A stretch of 64,000 nt of DNA from assembly GCA_022703505.1 (NCBI GenBank), contig JAKLDN010000001.1, positions 219,389-283,388 on the forward strand, read 5' to 3'. The notes under the pieces were generated by a model. It was not told where the DNA came from, ran no database searches, and was given only the letters and a program-made list of their open reading frames with translations. The DNA comes from Spirochaetota bacterium (GTDB taxonomy: Bacteria > Spirochaetota > Spirochaetia > Treponematales > UBA12059). This document shows, in pieces, positions 17,406 to 27,831 of this stretch; within the stretch, counting starts at the first letter, position 1, and each line of letters opens with the position of its first letter. The position numbers and the translations under genes were made by a program.

Positions 17406-18010
17406 GCGACACGATCTCCGTTCCGGCCCTTCGGAGGGCGTCCCTGCGTCGGGAGACCCGGGAAACCCGGATCGAGGCCTCCCTGGACCTCGCGCCCGGG
17501 GAGGTGAAGGTGGACACGGGCATCGGCTTCCTGGACCACCTCCTCTCGTCCCTGGCCTTCCACGGGGGATTCTCCCTGGCCCTGGCCTGCCGGGGGGACC
17601 TGGCCGTGGACGACCACCACACGGCGGAGGACTGCGGCCTCGTGCTGGGGGACCTCGTGCGCCAGGCCCTGGGGGACCGCTCGGGGATCCGCCGCTTCGC
17701 CTCCGCCTACGCCCCCCTGGACGAGGCCCTGGCCCGGGCGGTGGTGGACATCTCCGGCCGGCCATTCGCCCGTGTCGACCTGAAGCTGGCCCGGGACTCC
17801 GTCGGGACCCTGGCCTGCGAGAACATCCCCCACGTCGTCGCGAGCTTCGCGACCCGGGCGGGGATCACGGTCCACCTGGAGGTCCTGTACGGGGACAACG
17901 ACCACCACAAGGCCGAGGCGGCCTTCAAAGCCCTGGCCCTGGCCCTCCGGGAGGCCTGGGCCCTCTCGGGCTCCGGCGCGGTGCCCAGCGCCAAGGGGGT
18001 CCTGGCATGA
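17402..18010 (+). CDS. hisB: imidazoleglycerol-phosphate dehydratase
   Basis: There is an ATGA overlap with hisC. Motifs are GIGFLDHLL, DDHHTAEDCGL and GDNDHHKAEAAFKA. Confidence 0.9.
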   Translation: MSDTISVPALRRASLRRETRETRIEASLDLAPGEVKVDTGIGFLDHLLSSLAFHGGFSLALACRGDLAVDDHHTAEDCGLVLGDLVRQALGDRSGIRRFASAYAPLDEALARAVVDISGRPFARVDLKLARDSVGTLACENIPHVVASFATRAGITVHLEVLYGDNDHHKAEAAFKALALALREAWALSGSGAVPSAKGVLA

Positions 18011-19485
18011 GGACGGCCGTCGTCCGCACCGGCACCGCCAACCTGGCCTCCGTCCTGGCGGGGCTCCGGAGGGCCGGGGCCGAGCCCTACGTCACCGAGG
18101 ATCCCGGGGATGTCCTGCGGGAGGGCCGGGTGATCCTGCCCGGGGTGGGCTCCTTCGGGGCGGCCCTGGCCGAGCTCCGCTCCCGGGGCCTGGACCGGGC
18201 CCTGGCGGAGCGCTTCCGGGCCGGCAGGCCCCTGGCGGGGTTCTGCCTGGGCATGCAGCTCTTTTTCGAGGCCAGCGAGGAGAGCCCCGGGGTCCGGGGC
18301 CTGGCCCTCCTTCCCGGGACGATCCGGAAGTACCCCGACACCGTGCGCACCCCCCGGCTGGGCTGGGGGGCCGTCCTTCCCGACCCCGGCTCGGGCTGCC
18401 TGGAGCCCGGGTGGGCGGCCTTCGCCAACTCCTACCGCCTGGTCGAGCCGCCCCCGGGCCTGCGCACCGCCTGGGCGGATTACGCGGGCCCCTTCGCGGC
18501 CGCCCTGGAGAGGCCGGGCCTCCTCCTCTGCCAGTTCCACCCGGAGCTCTCCGGGGCCTGGGGGAAGGCCCTCCTTTCCCGGTGGCTCGAGGGAGCCGGG
18601 GCGGCGGACGGATTGACGGCCGAGGGCCCCGGGGCCCGGGTATCCCGCCCCCCCGCCGAGCCCCTGTCGGGCACCCGGTCCGTCCGGGTCATCCCCTGCC
18701 TGGACGTGGACGCGGGCCGCGTGGTCAAGGGCACCCGGTTCCTGGACCTCAAGGACGCGGGGGATCCCGCCGAGCTGGCCGCCCGGTACGAGGGCGAGGG
18801 GGCGGACGAGATCGTGCTATTGGACATCACCGCGGGGCTCGAGGGCCGGGCCACCCGGGCGGACACGGTCCGCCGGGTCCGGGCCGCCCTGGGCATCCCC
18901 CTGACCGTGGGGGGAGGGATCGGATCCGTGGCGGACGCGGCGGTCCTCTTCGAGGCGGGGGCGGACAAGGTATCCGTGAACTCCAAGGCCGTCCGGGATC
19001 CCGCCATCCTGACGGAACTGGCGGAGCGCTTCGGGGTCCAGGCGGTGGTGATCGCCGTGGACGCCGCGAGGCGACCGGACGCCGCAAGGCGACCGGACGC
19101 GGCCGGACGCCTGTCCGGCGCCAGGCCGGAAGGCGCCTCCCCCTGGGAGGTGACGGTGGACGCGGGGCGGACCCGGACGGGCCTGGACCCCGCGGCCTGG
19201 GCCCGCCGGGCCGTCGAGGCGGGGGCCGGGGAGGTCCTCCTGACCGGACGGGACCGGGACGGCACGGGGCTGGGCTACGACCTGGACCTGGTGTCCGAGG
19301 TGGCCCGGGCGGTGCCCGTGCCCGTGGTGGCCTCCGGGGGAGCGGAAACCCCCCGGCAGATGTACGAGGGTGTCGCGGCCGGGGCGGCCGCGGTCCTGGC
19401 GGCCGGGACCTTCCATTTCGGGCGCCGCACGATACACGAGGTCAAGGCATACTTGGCCGAAAGACAGGTGGAGGTAAGACCATGA
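18007..19485 (+). CDS. hisHF: fused imidazole glycerol phosphate synthase (HisH glutaminase fused to HisF cyclase)
   Basis: A single 492-aa ORF. The N-terminal half has GFCLGMQL and QFHPE (the triad glutaminase). A linker of about 30 aa follows, then the HisF half with RVIPCLDV and GADKVSVNS. Confidence 0.85.
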   Translation: MRTAVVRTGTANLASVLAGLRRAGAEPYVTEDPGDVLREGRVILPGVGSFGAALAELRSRGLDRALAERFRAGRPLAGFCLGMQLFFEASEESPGVRGLALLPGTIRKYPDTVRTPRLGWGAVLPDPGSGCLEPGWAAFANSYRLVEPPPGLRTAWADYAGPFAAALERPGLLLCQFHPELSGAWGKALLSRWLEGAGAADGLTAEGPGARVSRPPAEPLSGTRSVRVIPCLDVDAGRVVKGTRFLDLKDAGDPAELAARYEGEGADEIVLLDITAGLEGRATRADTVRRVRAALGIPLTVGGGIGSVADAAVLFEAGADKVSVNSKAVRDPAILTELAERFGVQAVVIAVDAARRPDAARRPDAAGRLSGARPEGASPWEVTVDAGRTRTGLDPAAWARRAVEAGAGEVLLTGRDRDGTGLGYDLDLVSEVARAVPVPVVASGGAETPRQMYEGVAAGAAAVLAAGTFHFGRRTIHEVKAYLAERQVEVRP

Positions 19486-20792
19486 TCGTTCCTTCCATAG
19501 ACCTGATGGGCGGCCGGGCCGTCCAGCTCGAGGGCGGAGAGACCCTCAGGATCGACGCCGGGGACCCCCGGCCCAAGGCCGCGGAGTTCTCCCGGGTCGG
19601 GGAGCTCGCCGTGATCGACCTGGACGCGGCCCGGGGGGAGGGGGACAACCGCCGCCTGGTGGAGGACCTCGTCTCGGCCTATCCCTGCCGGGTGGGCGGG
19701 GGCATCCGGGACTACGAGACCGCGGTCCGCCTCCTGGACGCGGGGGCCCGGAAGGTTATCCTGGGGACCGCGGCCCGGCCGGACCTCCTTTCGCGCCTGC
19801 CCCGGGACCGGGTGATCGCCGCCCTGGACGCCCGGAACGGGGAAGTTGTGGTGGAGGGTTGGCGAACCCGCACGGGGGCCTCCGTGGCGGACCGGATCCG
19901 GGAGTTGGCCCCCTACGTCGGGGGCTTCCTGGTGACCACCGTGGAACGGGAGGGACGGATGGCCGGGGCGGACCTGGCCGCGGCGGCGGACGTCGTCCGC
20001 ATAGCCCGGGAATGCCGGGAGGACCTCCGGATCACCTGGGCCGGAGGCGTCACGTCGGCCGAGGAAGTGGCCGAACTGGACCGCCTGGGGGCGGACGCCC
20101 AGGTCGGGATGGCCCTGTACTCCGGCAGGCTCTCCCTGGCGGAAGCCTTCACGGCCCCCCTGGCTTCGGACCGCCCCGACGGGCTCTGGCCCGTGGTGGT
20201 CTGCGACGAAGCCGGGATCGCCCTGGGCCTCGTGTGGGGCGACCGGGAGAGCGTGGCGGAATCCCTGAAGCGCGGCCGGGGGGTCTACCGGTCCCGGACT
20301 CGGGGGCTCTGGGAAAAGGGTGCCTCCTCGGGGAACACCCAGGACCTGGTCCGCATCGAGGTCGACTGCGACCGGGACGCCCTCCGCTACGTGGTCCGCC
20401 AGAACGGCGGCGGGTTCTGTCACCTGGGCACCCGCACCTGCTTCGGCCCCGACCAAGGCCTGGGGGCCCTGGACCGGACCATCCGGGGCCGCCAGGAATC
20501 CTCCCCCCCGGGTTCCTACACCCACCGGCTTTTCACGGAACCGGGCCTCCTGTCCGCCAAGATCCGGGAGGAGGCCGCGGAACTCGCGGAGGCGGAGGGA
20601 CCCGTCCGGGCCGCCGAGGAAGCCGCGGACCTCGTCTACTTCGCCCTGGTGAAGCTCCGGGCCGAGGGGGCGTCCCTGGCGGATGTGGAACGCATCCTGG
20701 ACCGGCGGGCCCTGAAGGTTGTGCGGCGCCCGGGGAACGCCAAGCCGGCGTTCCAGGAGGAGGGAGGCACCCGGTGGACCGGAATCCACTGA
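19482..20792 (+). CDS. hisA-hisIE: fused ProFAR isomerase / PR-AMP cyclohydrolase / PR-ATP pyrophosphatase (HisA-HisI-HisE)
   Basis: A single 436-aa ORF. The HisA part has MIVPSIDLMGGRAV and VIDLDAA. The HisI part has SRTRGLWEKGASSGNTQ, DCDRDAL and CHLGTRTCF. The HisE part has GSYTHRLF and EEAADLVYFALV. There is an ATGA overlap with hisHF. Confidence 0.85.
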   Translation: MIVPSIDLMGGRAVQLEGGETLRIDAGDPRPKAAEFSRVGELAVIDLDAARGEGDNRRLVEDLVSAYPCRVGGGIRDYETAVRLLDAGARKVILGTAARPDLLSRLPRDRVIAALDARNGEVVVEGWRTRTGASVADRIRELAPYVGGFLVTTVEREGRMAGADLAAAADVVRIARECREDLRITWAGGVTSAEEVAELDRLGADAQVGMALYSGRLSLAEAFTAPLASDRPDGLWPVVVCDEAGIALGLVWGDRESVAESLKRGRGVYRSRTRGLWEKGASSGNTQDLVRIEVDCDRDALRYVVRQNGGGFCHLGTRTCFGPDQGLGALDRTIRGRQESSPPGSYTHRLFTEPGLLSAKIREEAAELAEAEGPVRAAEEAADLVYFALVKLRAEGASLADVERILDRRALKVVRRPGNAKPAFQEEGGTRWTGIH

Positions 20793-22081
20793 GGCTCCGG
20801 CGCCTCCGTGCTGCGGACCTGGAACGGAAACCCGCCTCCATCCCCGACCCCGTGACGGCGGACCGGGCGGCGGCCATCGTGGCGGACGTTCGGGAGCGCG
20901 GGGAGGCGGCCCTCCTCGGGTACGCCCGGGAACTGGACGGCCTGGGGGAGGGGCCCCTGTACCTCGGTCCCCGGGACTTCCGGAAGGCATTGGACGCCCT
21001 GCCCCGGGATTCCCGGGAACTCCTGGAGCGGGCGGGGGCCCGGATCGGGGCCTTCGCCAAGGCACAAGCCGCCAGCCTCTCGGCCCTGGAGGTACCCGTG
21101 CCCGGGGGCTTCGCGGGCCACGAGGTCCTGCCCGTGGAGACCGCGGGCTGCTACGCCCCGGGGGGCCGGTATCCCCTGCCCTCCAGCGTCCTCATGACCG
21201 CCCTGACCGCCAAGGCCGCAGGGGTCGGGACAGTCTGGACCGCGAGTCCCCGGCCCGCCCGGGAAACCCTGGCGGCCTGCGCCGTGGCCGGGGCGGACGG
21301 CCTTTTGGCCGCCGGGGGTGCCCAGGCGATCGCCGCCCTGGCCTACGGGGCGGGGCCGGTTCCTCCCTGCGCCCGGGTGGTGGGCCCCGGCAACCGCTGG
21401 GTGGCCGCGGCCAAGCGCCTGGTGGCGGGGGACACGGTCATCGAGTCCGTGGCGGGCCCCAGCGAGCTCCTGGTCCTGGCGGACGACGGGGCCGATCCCG
21501 AGATCGCCGCCGCGGACCTCCTGGCCCAGGCGGAACACGACCCCGATGCGGTCCCCGTCCTTGCCTGCCGTACCGAGGCCTTCGCCGCCCGGGTGGAGGA
21601 AGCCCTGGAGCGCCGCCTGGCGGATCTCCCGACCGGGGAGGTCGCCCGACGTGCCCTGGACAACGGGGGGGTCCTGGTGGACCCGGACCTGAAGACTCTT
21701 GTCCGCGCGGCGGACGCCTTCGCCCCGGAGCACCTGGAGATCCTGTGCGAGGAACCGGAGGCCCTGGCCCGGAAGATCCGCAACGCCGGCGCCGTCTTCC
21801 TGGGCGCCGGGACCGCGGAGGTCCTGGGGGACTACGGGACCGGTCCCAACCACGTCCTTCCCACGGGCGCCCACGCCCGCCTGGCCGGGGGCCTCTCGGC
21901 CCTGTCCTTCCTGCGGGTACGGACCTGGATCCGGATCGACGACCCCGCCGACGCTTCGGAGCTCTACCGGGACGCCGCCGCCTTCGCACGGATGGAAGGG
22001 CTGGAAGCCCATGCCCGGGCGGGGGAAGTACGGGGTCGGCGGCCGGTGGACAGCGGACGTAAAGCGCCTGCGGGCGCGTAG
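20774..22081 (+). CDS. hisD: histidinol dehydrogenase
   Basis: The GTG start lies 6 nt after AGGAGGAGGGAGG. Motifs are GCYAPGGRYPLPSSVLM, GGAQAIAALAYG, AGPSELLVLAD, AQAEHD and NHVLPT. Confidence 0.85.
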   Translation: MDRNPLRLRRLRAADLERKPASIPDPVTADRAAAIVADVRERGEAALLGYARELDGLGEGPLYLGPRDFRKALDALPRDSRELLERAGARIGAFAKAQAASLSALEVPVPGGFAGHEVLPVETAGCYAPGGRYPLPSSVLMTALTAKAAGVGTVWTASPRPARETLAACAVAGADGLLAAGGAQAIAALAYGAGPVPPCARVVGPGNRWVAAAKRLVAGDTVIESVAGPSELLVLADDGADPEIAAADLLAQAEHDPDAVPVLACRTEAFAARVEEALERRLADLPTGEVARRALDNGGVLVDPDLKTLVRAADAFAPEHLEILCEEPEALARKIRNAGAVFLGAGTAEVLGDYGTGPNHVLPTGAHARLAGGLSALSFLRVRTWIRIDDPADASELYRDAAAFARMEGLEAHARAGEVRGRRPVDSGRKAPAGA

Positions 22082-22123
22082 TCGCCCGGAGACGCGCGGC
22101 GGCGGGCGGGGCTACGGGTTCAG

Positions 22124-22564
22124 TTACTTCCCGGAAACCGCTGCGGCCAGGTTCCTTCCCGCCTCCGCCAGGGCCACAATGTCCGAGGCGGAGGGCGTCA
22201 GGTTCACGATGAACCCGCCGCCCGCCAGGGCTGCGCCGGCCTTCCTCATGCGCTCTTCCCAATCCCGCATCCACTGCCCGTCCCCCCAGTCGTAGGAGCC
22301 GAACAGGAGGACCGGCTTGCCCTCGAGTCCTGCGGATTCGAGGCTTCGCACGAAGGGCTCCATCTCCTCCTCTTCGAGGGTCTCGGCCCCCATGGAGGGG
22401 CAGCCCAGGGCAGCCGCGTCGGCCGCCAGTACGGACCGGACGTCCGCGGACCCGACTTCGGACAGTTCCGCCTCGGCCCCCGCGGATCGGGCACCCTCGG
22501 CCACGGCTTCCGCCATGGCCTTGGTGTTTCCCGTACCGCTCCAGTACACGACTCGTATGGTCAT
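22124..22564 (-). CDS. short-chain flavodoxin
   Basis: The 146-aa ORF has the N-terminal FMN phosphate loop VVYWSGTGNTKAMAE. Confidence 0.9.
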   Translation of the reverse strand: MTIRVVYWSGTGNTKAMAEAVAEGARSAGAEAELSEVGSADVRSVLAADAAALGCPSMGAETLEEEEMEPFVRSLESAGLEGKPVLLFGSYDWGDGQWMRDWEERMRKAGAALAGGGFIVNLTPSASDIVALAEAGRNLAAAVSGK

Positions 22565-22647
22565 GGGACATACCTCCCTGAATAGTTAGCTAATTATAAC
22601 TTACCCCTTCGAGGGTCCTATTTCAAGCCTCCGGTACCTCTCCTATC

Positions 22648-22685
22648 CCGTTCACTTTCCACTGTCCACCGTCCACAGTCCACGG
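22648..22685. repeat. GTCCAC/TTCAC heptamer array (locus E) abutting a TATACT -10 box upstream of hppA
   Basis: The sequence CCGTTCACTTTCCACTGTCCACCGTCCACAGTCCACGG is immediately followed by TATACT at 22686-22691. Confidence 0.8.
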
Positions 22686-22751
22686 TATACTACCCCCGCG
22701 CCCGGGGAAGTCGACTCCGGGGCGATACACCAACGACGAAGGAGAGAAGCC

Positions 22752-24827
<2,076 letters not shown>

Positions 24828-24847
24828 ACATAGATAAGGAGACGAAC

Positions 24848-25633
24848 ATGGCAGACGAGAAACACCTGTACCTCATCATCCATCCCAACCATTCCCTGAT
24901 CGCCAGCGGCCTGGAGCCCGAGCACTTCGCCAAGCACTACGTCCAGGGCTCCACCCGGTACTTCGAGGGACGGCTGATCTTCGTGGAGATCGACCCGGCC
25001 TTCCGGCATCCCTACTTCGACATCGACTCCGCCTTTTCCCAGCTCGTCCCCCACGAGGACGGCCGGCCCAAGGCCACCAAGTTCATCAAGAGCTACCGGA
25101 CCCTGGAGCACGTGGACTACTCGGCCCTGGGCCAGCTGTTCATCTGCAATTCCCTGGGGGAGTTCGTGGCCCTGGAATCCTCGGAGTACGATCCCAAGGT
25201 GGAGGGGGACGACCTGTCCATCATCCTGGAGATCAACCCCATCAAGATGATGGTCCTCACGAAGTTCAACTTCATCGAATACTCCCGGTACATCACGGAT
25301 CCCCACCAGCCCAAGGGCGCCCCGTGCATGTTCTACACCCAGCTGGACTTCAACGCCGACGACTTCCTGGCGGAGTTCGACGAGAATCCCTTCATCCGCT
25401 GCTTCGTGCCGGGCATCCATCCCGCCCGTCTGCGGGCCGCCATCCAGGAGGTCCGGACCACACCGGGCAAGAACGTGAAGGGGCTGTCCCTGGACTGCCC
25501 CTACGACAAGATCTCCTACAAGTTCCTGCGCCACGGCTTCATGTTCGCGGCCCAGTCCGGGTACAAGTACTACCCCCTGAAATCCCTGGAGGACGTGGAG
25601 AGGGACTGGTACAAGTTCTGGAAGAACCTGTAG
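24848..25633 (+). CDS. hypothetical protein (no motif recognised), apparently co-transcribed with hppA
   Basis: The 261-aa ORF has an AAGGAG 7 nt upstream of its ATG and starts 20 nt after the hppA stop. Its residue composition is protein-like and non-repetitive. Confidence 0.65.
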   Translation: MADEKHLYLIIHPNHSLIASGLEPEHFAKHYVQGSTRYFEGRLIFVEIDPAFRHPYFDIDSAFSQLVPHEDGRPKATKFIKSYRTLEHVDYSALGQLFICNSLGEFVALESSEYDPKVEGDDLSIILEINPIKMMVLTKFNFIEYSRYITDPHQPKGAPCMFYTQLDFNADDFLAEFDENPFIRCFVPGIHPARLRAAIQEVRTTPGKNVKGLSLDCPYDKISYKFLRHGFMFAAQSGYKYYPLKSLEDVERDWYKFWKNL

Positions 25634-25661
25634 ACCGGGGTTCCGGGCGGGGGACCGGCGC

Positions 25662-26288
25662 TTGAACGTGTTCCGGGAGCCGATCGAAAAGGGTGACATC
25701 ACCTCGGAAGCCGGCCTCAAACGGACTTTCCGCGCCCTGGCCCTCCGCCTTCACCCGGACACCTGCCTGGCCGGCGACGCCGCCGAGCGGTTCCTTCGGC
25801 TCCGACGGGACTACGACGAAGCCCTCCGGGAGCGGGGCTGGCACCGGCCCGCCCCCGCCCCGGGGGAGCCCTTCTCCTTCGAGGCTTGCGTCGACCTATT
25901 CGGGGAGCTCGTGGGGGGAAACTTCCCCGCGGATCCCCGGGTGGGCCGGACGAACCGGGCTTATCGTCAGCGGGCGGAACGGCTGGACACCCTTTTAGGG
26001 AGCCTGGGGGGCGATTACGTCGGCCTGTTCCGGAAGGCCGAGGGGGAGCTCGAAACCCTGCGGGGGGACGACATAGTAGACAACCCGGACTTCAACCTCG
26101 TGAAGATCTTCCTGTGCAACCTCTACGACTGGCTCTCGTCCCGGCACCGGTTCTCGGGTCACTACGTGCGGACGGCCTATCCCCGGGTCCGGGAGATCCT
26201 GGACCGCCGGGGCTGCCCCGCCTCGGCCCGGTTCCTGGAGTTCCTCCTGGCCGGGGGAGCGCGGCGCGCGGGGGCGTCCCGGGACTAG
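25662..26288 (+). CDS. J-domain-like protein (HPD motif)
   Basis: [15 protein letters not shown] followed by [14 protein letters not shown] resembles J-domain helices II and III. The start is a non-ATG codon (TTG at 25662 or GTG at 25668). The stop TAG lies inside a CTAG hairpin element. Confidence 0.55.
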   Translation: MNVFREPIEKGDITSEAGLKRTFRALALRLHPDTCLAGDAAERFLRLRRDYDEALRERGWHRPAPAPGEPFSFEACVDLFGELVGGNFPADPRVGRTNRAYRQRAERLDTLLGSLGGDYVGLFRKAEGELETLRGDDIVDNPDFNLVKIFLCNLYDWLSSRHRFSGHYVRTAYPRVREILDRRGCPASARFLEFLLAGGARRAGASRD

Positions 26289-26432
26289 GAGTTTGTCGGG
26301 CTTGTCCACCTAAATAGTAAAAAAATCGCATTTGTGCGATTTTTCTACCTTGCAAACTCCAAAGGAGCCGTATAATCGGGATTTTTAGCGCCTATCGGCG
26401 CTAAAAATCCACAAGTCCGACAGGCTCCCTAG
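26285..26432. mobile_element. composite of two CTAG-bounded hairpin elements (subfamily 2 forward, subfamily 1 reverse), MITE/REP-like
   Basis: 26285-26360 has GGAGTTTG...CAAACTCC outer pairing and an AAAATCGCA-TTTG-TGCGATTTT core. 26364-26432 is the reverse complement of the element seen at 44511 and 62045. Confidence 0.8.
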
Positions 26433-27061
26433 GGACGCTGGATATAGTCCGCTGCGCCGAAGAGCCCCAGGGTGCCGGTCCGCCACTCCTCGTGGGCCTC
26501 CATCACCAGGCGCTCCACCTCGGACCAGGATTCCGCCCGGGGGGGCGGCAGGTGGCGGTTCGTGGAATTCCCGAACACGATGGTACGGCAGCCCTGGGCC
26601 CGGAGGTTCTCCACGTTGGAGGGTGAGTCGTCGATGTAGACGTGGGCTCCCACGGCCCCCTTGTCCTTCATGAAGCAGAGGTCCCAGTAGGGGATGGCGT
26701 GGGCGTCCAGCCAGTCGATGGTCTGGGCTATTGCTTCCTTGTGGAAGTATTTCAGGAAGAGCCGGTGGGTGATGATGCGGATGCGGATCCCACGCTCGGA
26801 CAGCTTGCGCAGGGTGGCCGAGGCGCCCTTCACGGGGGGCAGGATCCGGAAGAGGTCCCGCTGGGTCACGGCGAAACGGTGGAGCTTCTCGTAGCCCCCG
26901 AACTCGTCCAGCCCCCACTCGGAAAGGCCGAAGGACACGTCTGTGGCCAGGGACTCGACCGGCCGGTCCAGCCACTCCGCCGCGATCTGCCGCATGCTGG
27001 TGTAGAAGTCCCCCACCACCCCGTCCAGGTCCACGCCCAGGATGAAACTGCTCTCGTCCAT
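26429..27061 (-). CDS. HAD-superfamily 5'(3')-deoxyribonucleotidase-like hydrolase
   Basis: The HAD motif I is GVDLDGVVGDF. The start is taken at MDESSFILG (27061); the track ORF extends to 27175. Confidence 0.7.
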   Translation of the reverse strand: MDESSFILGVDLDGVVGDFYTSMRQIAAEWLDRPVESLATDVSFGLSEWGLDEFGGYEKLHRFAVTQRDLFRILPPVKGASATLRKLSERGIRIRIITHRLFLKYFHKEAIAQTIDWLDAHAIPYWDLCFMKDKGAVGAHVYIDDSPSNVENLRAQGCRTIVFGNSTNRHLPPPRAESWSEVERLVMEAHEEWRTGTLGLFGAADYIQRP

Positions 27062-27197
27062 ACCCGCCAGTATGGCGCGCCCGCCGCCGTCCGTCCACTC
27101 CTCCTTGGCCCCACCAAAATCGCCTAAGCTAAACTTCGACGCGCACTCGCCGAAGGAGGCGCGGAATGCTACCATGGGCTTCCATCAGGAGGCTCCC

Positions 27198-27827
27198 ATG
27201 AACCTGAACCGGCCGGAACTGACCACCCAGGCGCTCTCGATCCTCCGGAACCCCGAGACCTTCCAGTGGTATTTCATTCCCTTGCTGGCCTTCACGGTCT
27301 ACGTCTACTTCAACGAGATCCAGAAAAAAAACTGGAAGGGAGTGGCCGCGGGGCTCTCGCTCTACATGGTCCACTGGCTCTACGAGATCGCCAACGCCAT
27401 GATCCAGCACTTCACGGGTCACGCACTCTGGACCGTCCCGGGCGGGACCTCCTTCCTGCTCCTGGTCGGAGTCGGCTGGGAACTCTCCCTGATGTTCGCC
27501 GTGGCGGGGCTCATCTTCTCCAAGATCCTGCCCGAGGACCCGAAGCTCAAGCTTTTCGGGATCAACAACCGGATCCTCTTCGCGGTCCTGAACGCGGGCT
27601 TCTTCTCGGTCTTCGAAATCTTCCTGGCCGCGACCCCCGCCTTCCATTGGGTTTACCCCTGGTGGGGGGCCTTCCCGGTCTTCGTCACCGTCTACATCCC
27701 CTTCTTCCTGGCCGCCAACCTCTGCCACGACTGGCCCCCGGTCAGGCAGCGGCGGTTCATCGGATCCCTGGCCCTGGTGAACGCGGTCCTGCTCCTGGTC
27801 TTCGCGGGCATGCTGGGGTGGATCTAG
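27198..27827 (+). CDS. integral membrane protein, function unknown
   Basis: It has 5-6 predicted TM segments. The start at ATG 27198 has an AGGAGG 5 nt upstream; the track ORF starts at 27042. Confidence 0.6.
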   Translation: MNLNRPELTTQALSILRNPETFQWYFIPLLAFTVYVYFNEIQKKNWKGVAAGLSLYMVHWLYEIANAMIQHFTGHALWTVPGGTSFLLLVGVGWELSLMFAVAGLIFSKILPEDPKLKLFGINNRILFAVLNAGFFSVFEIFLAATPAFHWVYPWWGAFPVFVTVYIPFFLAANLCHDWPPVRQRRFIGSLALVNAVLLLVFAGMLGWI

Positions 27828-27831
27828 GGCG

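Noticed and set aside
22648-22685. Phased GTCCAC/TCCACA repeats as DnaA boxes or a replication origin.
   Set aside because: The units match only the 3' part of the TTATCCACA box. There is no dnaA, dnaN or AT-rich unwinding element nearby. The same repeat family occurs at several ordinary intergenic sites next to promoters.
26289-26428. A tRNA or other known small RNA gene in the larger intergenic gaps: 26289-26428, 46540-46695, 52092-52236, 9305-9451 and 59311-59471.
   Set aside because: I could not assemble a cloverleaf (no GTTCRANYC T-loop with a matching acceptor stem) or any other recognisable RNA-family signature. These gaps are occupied by the repeat or hairpin families and by promoters. 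A covariance-model scan would be needed for certainty.
27042-27197. Overlapping divergent ORF extensions: 26429..27175 (-) and 27042..27827 (+) overlap by 134 nt.
   Set aside because: Internal starts give the expected N-termini and remove the overlap. These are ATG 27061 for the HAD protein, just before its DxD motif, and ATG 27198, which has an AGGAGG 5 nt upstream, for the membrane protein.
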